DNA from: Trichoplax adhaerens
Lineage: Eukaryota > Animalia > Placozoa
Assembly: GCF_000150275.1 (NCBI RefSeq)
Contig: NW_002061239.1
Span: 1 to 7,253 of the forward strand
Direction: 5' to 3'
Length of the DNA stretch: 7,253 nt
Of the stretch, positions 1 through 7,253 are shown piece by piece. A model generated the notes under the pieces. That model saw only the letters and a list, made by a program, of their open reading frames with translations, searched no databases and was not told where the DNA came from. A program made the translations under genes and the position numbers. Every line of letters starts with the position of its first letter. Positions within the stretch are counted from its first letter, which is position 1.

Positions 1-524
1 GAATCTTTATATAATCTATTCTCTCCAGCTTGTACAATCAAACGATAGTTTTTATAGTATTACTCTTACAATAATATTATTCTAAGATGGATGTGTGACA
101 ACTTACAAATAACAAACAACAATAGCATATGACACCCTAAAGTGGTATTTATATAATATCATGCATAAATAGTAAACAAGATACTACAAAAGTATATGTA
201 AATGTGGACGATCTTTTATAAAGACTAATAGTAATAAATTAAATTTTATTTCAAGTAACGTGAGTCCGTAAATCTATCTCTTACATTAACCTTGTCTGAT
301 TATAATTAACAACAGTTATTGCCAATAATTGTTCTACAATTACTATAATTCCTTCATTAATTCTTATTTTCTTATTGTGTACTCCAATAATGTAATAAAC
401 TAAGTTAAATTACTCAAGACAAGTATATAGTACTTTGTAAACAACTTTTCAATTTCATTGCTCATATTTATAGCTAATGTGATAACCAGTTTAATAATGT
501 CCGTTCGTTAATCTCTATTTGCAG
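1..524 (+). other. 3' part of the intron preceding the GPCR terminal exon, ending in a CAG acceptor
   Basis: Non-coding AT-rich sequence with a pyrimidine tract plus CAG at 512-524 and a branch-like TTAAT at 508-512. An in-frame stop at 475-477 shows the ORF cannot extend further without splicing. Confidence 0.7.
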
Positions 525-1359
525 CTTTACTTCTTTCTTTCCAAGCATGTTACAAAGTGTTTACGGCAATTTACCTCTGTATCCTGGAAATACTTTCCAG
601 TGTCGACTAGCTATTGGCTTACCATTATACTTCGGCATTGTCAATATCTATTCTATAGGTTTTTTATCCGTTATAAGATATATTATTATTACTAAACCTA
701 ATAAAGCTCGCTATGTATCTAGTAAGAAATCAATCATAGCTATTTATTTACTGAACTGGTTCATACCTCTATCGTTCTCCTTACCGCAAACGATTGGATT
801 CTGGGCGAGATTTCCGTATTATAGTGGTACAGGAACATGTGGACCAGCTATTAAACTAGCACTTGGGCCTTCTTATATCACATTTTTTATCTACTTTTAT
901 TGCTTCGGTTTATCAATTCCTTTTCAAGCTATTACGTTTTCGTATTGGCATATCTACAAAGAATTCTCACGGAATCGACAGCGTATTCGTAACATTAATA
1001 TAGTAACAAACGAAGAACCTAAGCTAGAATCGATGATTTCTACTAATTATACAGTGAACACCAAGAAAAGTTTTCTTAAATCTCAACCTCAATCGCCAAT
1101 ACATAAAGGAATGGAAAAGAAACTTGCTAAAACCTTACTATTAATCATCTTTGTCGAGATTTTATCTTTTATACCTATGTCTATTATTAACTTAATCGAA
1201 TCTGTTAGTCTACGAACAAGCCTTGTATATCAAAACTATATCCTATTTGCACTTTTACTTAGTTTTCTTTCTGGTATTACCAATCCTTTTATACTTATTT
1301 TTCGTAGTCATAATCTTAGACAAAGTCTGAAAGAAAAGTTTATATGTCTAAATGTATAG
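525..1359 (+). CDS. Terminal coding exon of a class A (rhodopsin-like) orphan GPCR: end of TM2, TM3-TM7 and helix 8. Its 5' exon is not found upstream within the window.
   Basis: The ORF 547-1359 extends in frame upstream (FTSFFPS) to a phase-2 acceptor tctctatttgcag| at 524. Class A landmarks: Cys3.25 exactly 25 residues before the Arg of IRY (DRY equivalent, 673-681), W4.50 (NWFIP), ECL2 Cys (GTCG), TM5 IP...SY, TM6 EKKLAKT...SFIP, TM7 NP (1282-1287), helix 8 SHNLRQSL, stop TAG at 1357-1359. The ATG at 547 is probably an internal Met. Confidence 0.9.
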
Positions 1360-1417
1360 TTATAGTATATCGAGATAGTCAGATAGTCCTTGGTAGTTAG
1401 ACGAACCTAACTTCTGT

Positions 1418-1423
1418 AATAAA
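1418..1423 (+). promoter_or_regulatory. Candidate polyadenylation signal of the upstream GPCR gene
   Basis: AATAAA about 60 nt after the stop codon, followed by a T/GT-rich stretch (ttcttgatttattgttttg, about 1447-1465). AATAAA is common by chance in AT-rich DNA. Confidence 0.5.
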
Positions 1424-1660
1424 GTGAAATTTGTAAGAAACTGTAGTTCTTGATTTATTGTTTTGAAGATCACTTTATCACAACGATCAATAAGTCAATT
1501 CCTTGAACCACGTATCAAGGAACGATATCTGCACTATCAGAAACACTTTTGCTCTACTCGCAGACTACACAAAGACTTAAACGCCTCGTATTTTACGTTA
1601 AACACTAAGTTTAAGAATCCACTTTATTACACGATATACAGCATTTATATACTATTCCTC

Positions 1661-1884
1661 NNNNNNNNNNNNNNNNNNNNNNNNNNNNNNNNNNNNNNNN
1701 NNNNNNNNNNNNNNNNNNNNNNNNNNNNNNNNNNNNNNNNNNNNNNNNNNNNNNNNNNNNNNNNNNNNNNNNNNNNNNNNNNNNNNNNNNNNNNNNNNNN
1801 NNNNNNNNNNNNNNNNNNNNNNNNNNNNNNNNNNNNNNNNNNNNNNNNNNNNNNNNNNNNNNNNNNNNNNNNNNNNNNNNNNNN
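1661..1884. other. Assembly gap (224 N)
   Basis: Run of N bases in the sequence. Confidence 0.99.
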
Positions 1885-4800
1885 CTATTAATTTCAGTAT
1901 GTGTATAAGTATCACTGTCATAAAAAGTCAGTGCTATATTAAAACACATTATATCCAAATTAGAAGTTAACTAAATAAGGATAGTCTAACAGAATTATCC
2001 TAACATAGATATTTCTACTCTAATACAGTATATAACACTGTCACAATCAATTAAAAAGAATCTAGTTTATTCTTTCATATCGTCGGTTTAAGATCTATTA
2101 AACTGTACAATAGATTGGTATTCTGTCGTGATTTCTTTTTACTGCAATGTCGGACAGAATATAATAAAAGCAACAGTTAGAATAAATAATAATTAAAGCT
2201 GCTATTGACATTAAACATAGAAGTTCGTATATCGGATTGATAGTTTTGATGGTATTGTAGACTGTCATCAAAATGAATACATATTCTTGAGATAAAGATA
2301 CACTAGAGATATTCCTGGATTTTCTTCTATCTCGACCTACTTTTCAAGATTAGTTCTCTGTGACGACTTTAAATTTCTACCTTAATTTTCACGGTAGAAA
2401 CAATATAGACCTTCTCCTTACGCGCAAACAATAAATTAAACGAATTCTCGAATTCTCTTATTATAAAAGTAGCTCGCATTTATAACTTCTATTTATATTC
2501 GCGAGCAGTCAGAGAGTATTGTCACGACCCTCACTTATAGCAAAAGTTTTGCAAAGAACTCTAGTATACGTACAATAACTCGGGCTTGACGTGCTGCACT
2601 CGTAAAATAGAATGATTTTCATTTGATTTTTCTATATTAAAATAACGTTTTCTAATTTTTTAGGCTAACTTCTGTAGGTAAGTACTATGAAAGTTCACTA
2701 AGAGACTATTTTTCGAAGAAGTAATAATAAATATTCTGTTAGATACTTTCTACCTAAACGTTAAATATTTAAACAGATGCTTAACGTTTTAATAGCGACA
2801 TAATTAAAGATTTACTACGTTGTTTAATCATAAATTTGAGTTATCAAAAATCAGATGATCTCACGTATAGACTGGATCAACTACATTGTTCAATAATTAT
2901 AAGAAAATTGACTGACTACTCAGATCACTAATAAAAAAATTTTGCAGTAAGACCTTACAGTATCCGTTTACAGTTACGCCTACTTGTAGTCAAACGTATA
3001 ATGGTAACGATAGTGACAGTAATCATGAATCTTACATATTTAAATTTTGGTAATAGTTTTTGCACCCTACGTAGGATAGCGCACTAACTATAGCCTCTTC
3101 GGATTGAAATTGAATTATATCGGTACGGTATTAGTACAATTTGTATAGTCAAAGCTGTCCTCTAAACAGGATCTTCGTAGTTAAGAATAATCTACATCAG
3201 CTTCCATGTATGTTACGAGCTTGTCGATTAATTAGTAATCTTAAAGAATTTATTTCCATTTTCCTGTATACAAATCTAGTACCTCTTTCGTTTCGCTTTA
3301 ACCCTTAATGAATTTTATATAATTACTTTGTATATCCATTTCTCTTCCAGAAAGATGTACAAACTATAGGAATTGTAACAAGATAATCTTGAAATTAATA
3401 AACGATTAACAGCAAAGCTACGTTCATATGAGCGTTGCGCGTGTCAGTCTTTTAAAAGTAATCATTAGAAATAAACAATTCCTTTATTTTAGAATAATTA
3501 TGATACTATTGTTATCACATATCGTATTTTGACTATACAGTATTGCAATACGGCAGTGATTGTATACTTGCAGCCTTGGCTTGATAGGATGCAATATGTC
3601 TCGAAAACAACAAGGTGAGCTTTTAGGAATACTAATTGACTTTAGATTGAAATACTATTCTCAGTCTTTTAATGATATATATTTTGTCGCCATATAATTA
3701 GCCGCGCATAGGCATATTTTTTATTTTTTAGTACTGCAGTTCATAACGATGAAAGGTTTCTCCCTTATCCATTAGCTTTGGTTCACTAACAATTACAATT
3801 GATTTCTATAGAATACCGTACTCAAAAAAGGACTAAATTGTTGCGTAATTAGAATAATACCGTCTATTATTTACGCTAATTAAATTTACATTCTTAGTCT
3901 AATAAAAAATTGGACTGAAACTCAATGAAATCTAAGCGTATTTTAGTCGTAATAAAAAGATTTGTGTAGTAATATTATTATCTTAAGTTCCATGTACGTA
4001 TTATGGCTAGAGAGTCAAGCCTAGATGGAGAGTTCTTATTTTAGGCAAGAAATAAAATAAGATAAAATTATTTAAATTTTTCTCTGTACATGAATCATTC
4101 ATTACCTAAAGAGAGGCTTATACTGTAGCAGGTGTGTGTTTAAATATAAATTACTGATTATGATCAAACATTATTAATAATTTATATCAAGATATGAGTA
4201 TTGATACATATAGCATATGAATCCATTACTTCTATAATACACTGAAAATGATTTTTTTCGATAACGGTTAAATATAATTATTTAAAGCTTCTATATGTCG
4301 ATTTTCTATATTTGATTGGACTTGATAGTAACATTTTATTTATGACGGTTAAACTTCAATTAATTTTTACAAAATAAAATATTGACTGTAACTTCAAGAC
4401 GGAATTCACAAGAAACTTTTCTGTTAAAGATGATCTACTAAAATTCATTTGTCTCATAAACTGGTAATTATTCTTTATTTAATAAGTTGTTTATCGTCAT
4501 AAATTAACCAAGAAACTGGCTAAAATATATTGGAAGTTCTGGTTATTATGGCCGTAAGTGTTGTTGTTGTTTATTCCCGAAAAACTATATGTGATTTAAT
4601 CTAATTCAGAATACCAACCTTAGCAGTTTTACTAATTGATTGCTAGACGATAATTAATACCATAAAGTTTAAAACAAAAGGAATTGTTAATTTTGCTATT
4701 GACTGGAGAAACGTCATTTATTTAATGTTGGTTCTAATCATCTGTCAAGACAAAACAAAATTTCGTTTTACGTTACTAACCAATTACAATAACGATAAAG

Positions 4801-5234
4801 TAAAGGACGAAACCAAATTTACTTCCGTGCTGGTATAATAATGACAAAATTGAGAAAGGAAATATTTTTATTGACCACCGACTACAATAGCGTCATTACG
4901 GCAATTATAAATAAATAAATTAATACTAAACATCAATTTAGGCATAGTCGTACAGAAAGAGATAAAATACATCTAAACCGCCTGAAACTAATTGTTATTG
5001 CCTACGACTTTGAAAAGAATATTGAATGTGTACAATGATGATAGTAGTATCTTCTTAAAATAATAATGCTATACTGTAATGGTAACTACGTTACTTAATA
5101 ATTATATTAAATTCTTTACTTTCAGGTACTTTCCATGTCTCCAGTTCTTATAACAACTTATGATATTGAATTATAATTAAGTTTTAAATTGTAAATAATA
5201 TTAAGTGAATGTAATAGATCCTATAGAGGAGAGA

Positions 5235-5267
5235 AAATAGATATCTATTTCCATCACATGGTGACGG
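5235..5267. repeat. Perfect 16-bp palindrome abutting an imperfect hairpin, upstream of the GPCR start codon
   Basis: AAATAGAT|ATCTATTT (5235-5250) is its own reverse complement. CCATCAC-ATG-GTGACGG (5251-5267) forms a 7-bp stem with one mismatch. Confidence 0.6.
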
Positions 5268-5422
5268 CTACGATCTTAAAATCCTATTACATCTATTATA
5301 TTAAACGAGATAGTTCGCGTTACGATTTTATCAATCCCTTATCATTTTATTGCTCCTATGCTGCTATCCATAATATTATCTAATTTTTGTGATTTAATAC
5401 CGATAGCAAGATATCTTTGAAG

Positions 5423-5643
5423 ATGAACTCTTCTCTAAACACAAATATATCTAACTTCAATCTTTACCATCCGCGAGAAACAACTATTGTATTTTTGGTC
5501 TTGTTGGTAATTACTACTCTACTCAGCTGTATTGGAAATGGAATCTTATGTTTCGCTATCGGAAGAAAAGCACATAAGCTTAACTTAAGTGATGCTTTAA
5601 CTATTAATTTAGCTCTTTCTGATGGAATTTACGCTATAGCAAG
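5423..5643 (+). CDS. First coding exon of a class A GPCR (N-terminus, TM1, ICL1, most of TM2). The remainder probably lies beyond the window.
   Basis: ATG at 5423 has A at -3 (aagATG). It encodes MNSSLNTNIS with N-glycosylation sequons NSS and NIS, a hydrophobic TM1 with GN (N1.50), and the TM2 motif NLALSD (D2.50). The frame is cut by AG|GTAAGT, and the apparent stop TAA (5645-5647) lies inside this donor. Confidence 0.88.
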
Positions 5644-7253
5644 GTAAGTCTATCGGTAGTCGAAGATAACTGTGACATCAGTAAACTACTTATCATAAAA
5701 CTAATAAGTATAACTGTTCGTTATTATCATAATTTGCTGCCGTCGAGTTAGTGATGCCAAGTAACTTAATTTTATAATCAAACCATAATTAAAGTTTTAA
5801 GGAATAGAATATTATAACCGCATTTTAAAATTATTATGGGCTGTTGCTAACCATTGCACTTGTATTCAATCGCTACTACAGTCCATTTCGTTACAATCCA
5901 CCGATGTTTACCTACTTTGAAACATAAATAGACTAGATTATGGTCAAGAGACTTTGTAATTAAAATTTTTCTCTTTTATACAGTAGTTTACAGCGATCAG
6001 TAAAGCTAGAGTTTACAATTTATAATTCAAGATGATCAACCGAACGAAAAAAATTTAATATTACATAGTTCAAACTACAGTAGATATCTTTAAATTTTAA
6101 TGAGGTTATCTGTAAATTTGCGAAGTTCTCTTATAATTACTCCATAAATCAATTAATATTCTCACAAATATCTTCAGTAGGAATATATTTTACATATAAC
6201 TTGCTATGATATTTCGCTGTAAAGCTTAGACAATTAGACATACAGTACTGCCATGGTACTATCCTGCCGAATTAATAGCACCTTAACTAATCCTAACTAA
6301 TATAAGCTATAGGACAGTAAATAAACGAGTATCCCTCCATCGTAACGCCAGTCTTCACTGATACACTATAGTGTTAGCGATTTTACTGTTATTTTATTCT
6401 ATCTGAAATAAAACTGCAGTTTGTCATATTTATAACACAAAGTATCTATTTAGCTATATGAGAATAAGTTTATTCATGATATCTCTGGAAGTAGTCAATT
6501 TCTTTTCGCCTTGTATAATTATTTATTATAAAGTGTTGCAATCTAGAGGTTTAGAAAGTTTTTCTTATTTGTATTATAATATTTAACAATATAAAGCGTA
6601 ACGTGTAAGAAGAAAATATCGACCGAGCGATCTCCTTTATAATTTCTTACGATAACACTCAAGCGAGTAGATACAGATATACTAGCAGAATTAATTAATT
6701 TCACAGTCTATCTATCACTTGAATAACTGCGTTCTCGAGCTGAATCTATTATCAAAGGTTATTATTTATACAGATGTTTCATTCTACGGCTCTATATTAA
6801 CCGTAACGAATTCTCTTTAGTAACCTGTAAAATACGAATAAATATATCCTAAATGAGCTACTACGTAACAATTCTAGGTCGCCATAAGAATGTATGAGCT
6901 TACTTATCCGTAAATATAAGTAAATATTGCGATAAATTTTAATCGTACTATATTACTACATTACTGTAATGTGTAGATTGCTGTAATAGAGATCATGATT
7001 ATGCACAATGTACAGATATTCACATTAAAGCAGTTCATTTCTACATACGGGATATTAACTATTTACGAAGGTAATATAGTTATAGAAAAATTATGTTTAT
7101 CCTTTCTAGTTCTTCTCTATCAATTGACAGCTAGTGTCTTTAACCTTATAATCATACAGGCTTTTTAAAATCATCTCTGCTAAAATAACTCTACACACCC
7201 TGTAAATTAGGTTTATATCAATGTAACAGTAACAAGAACCGATAGTGAGAGTC
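5644..7253 (+). other. Phase-2 intron of the downstream GPCR gene (at least 1.6 kb, not closed within the window)
   Basis: Starts with consensus GTAAGT. The candidate acceptors I inspected (5983, 6706, 6773, 7109, 7130, 7159) do not continue into TM2/TM3-like sequence in phase 2. Confidence 0.7.

Noticed and set aside
306-395. Hydrophobic reading frame (…NCSTITIIPSLILIFLLCTPIM*) as the missing first exon of the upstream GPCR
   Set aside because: Flanked by stops, with no start codon, no GN or LxxxD motif, and no phase-2 donor.
547-549. ATG as the true start of a stand-alone 270-aa protein
   Set aside because: The product would lack TM1-TM2, and splice acceptors lie directly upstream in frame.
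1345-1359. C-terminal CLNV as a CaaX prenylation motif
   Set aside because: Asn at the a2 position is unfavourable. The Cys fits ordinary post-helix-8 palmitoylation better.
1373-1388. 8-bp tandem duplication AGATAGTC x2 (similarly GAATTCTC x2 at 2442-2457) as transposon footprints
   Set aside because: No terminal inverted repeats or element are visible, and slippage or chance explains them.
1463-1891. 142-aa + strand ORF from the track
   Set aside because: TTG start, more than half is N-gap, no recognisable motif, and it lies just past the polyadenylation signal.
1611-1958. Two minus-strand ORFs (1611-1958, 1652-1921)
   Set aside because: They are open only because they span the N run.
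2756-2789. 9-bp inverted repeat AAACGTTAA...TTAACGTTT, plus the 12-bp palindrome at 6363-6374
   Set aside because: Short and AT-rich, with no target-site duplication or second copy to support a MITE.
3061-3130. Slightly GC-richer patch with CCTACGTAGG as a possible tRNA or ncRNA
   Set aside because: No cloverleaf, T-loop or A/B box could be formed.
5417-5647. Stand-alone 76-aa protein or nonsense-truncated pseudogene
   Set aside because: The stop is part of a consensus GTAAGT donor, and the TTG start is a prokaryotic-style call. The ATG at 5423 is the likely start.
1-7253. CRISPR array, operon or prokaryotic defence system
   Set aside because: No regularly spaced repeats, very low coding density, and spliceosomal signals indicate a eukaryotic locus.

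Overview
AT-rich eukaryotic (animal-like) genomic DNA with a 224-nt assembly gap (1661-1884). I found no prokaryotic features, RNA genes, CRISPR arrays or recognisable mobile elements. The window holds two halves of class A (rhodopsin-family) GPCR coding sequence on the + strand, in permuted order. A long terminal exon (525-1359) encodes the end of TM2 through TM7 and helix 8, followed by AATAAA. About 4 kb downstream, a first coding exon (5423-5643) encodes the N-terminus, TM1 and most of TM2 and ends at a canonical AG|GTAAGT donor. Both splice sites are phase 2 and fall at about the same place in TM2, so joining them gives a continuous 351-aa 7TM protein. The simplest reading is a tandem array of two-exon paralogous GPCR genes, each cut by a window edge. 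The upstream receptor has opsin/melatonin-receptor-like loops but no retinal lysine, and it has several altered activation switches (IRY, SFIP, Glu at 6.44, NPFIL). Composition and gene type are compatible with a placozoan (Trichoplax-like) GPCR cluster, but that is inference only.
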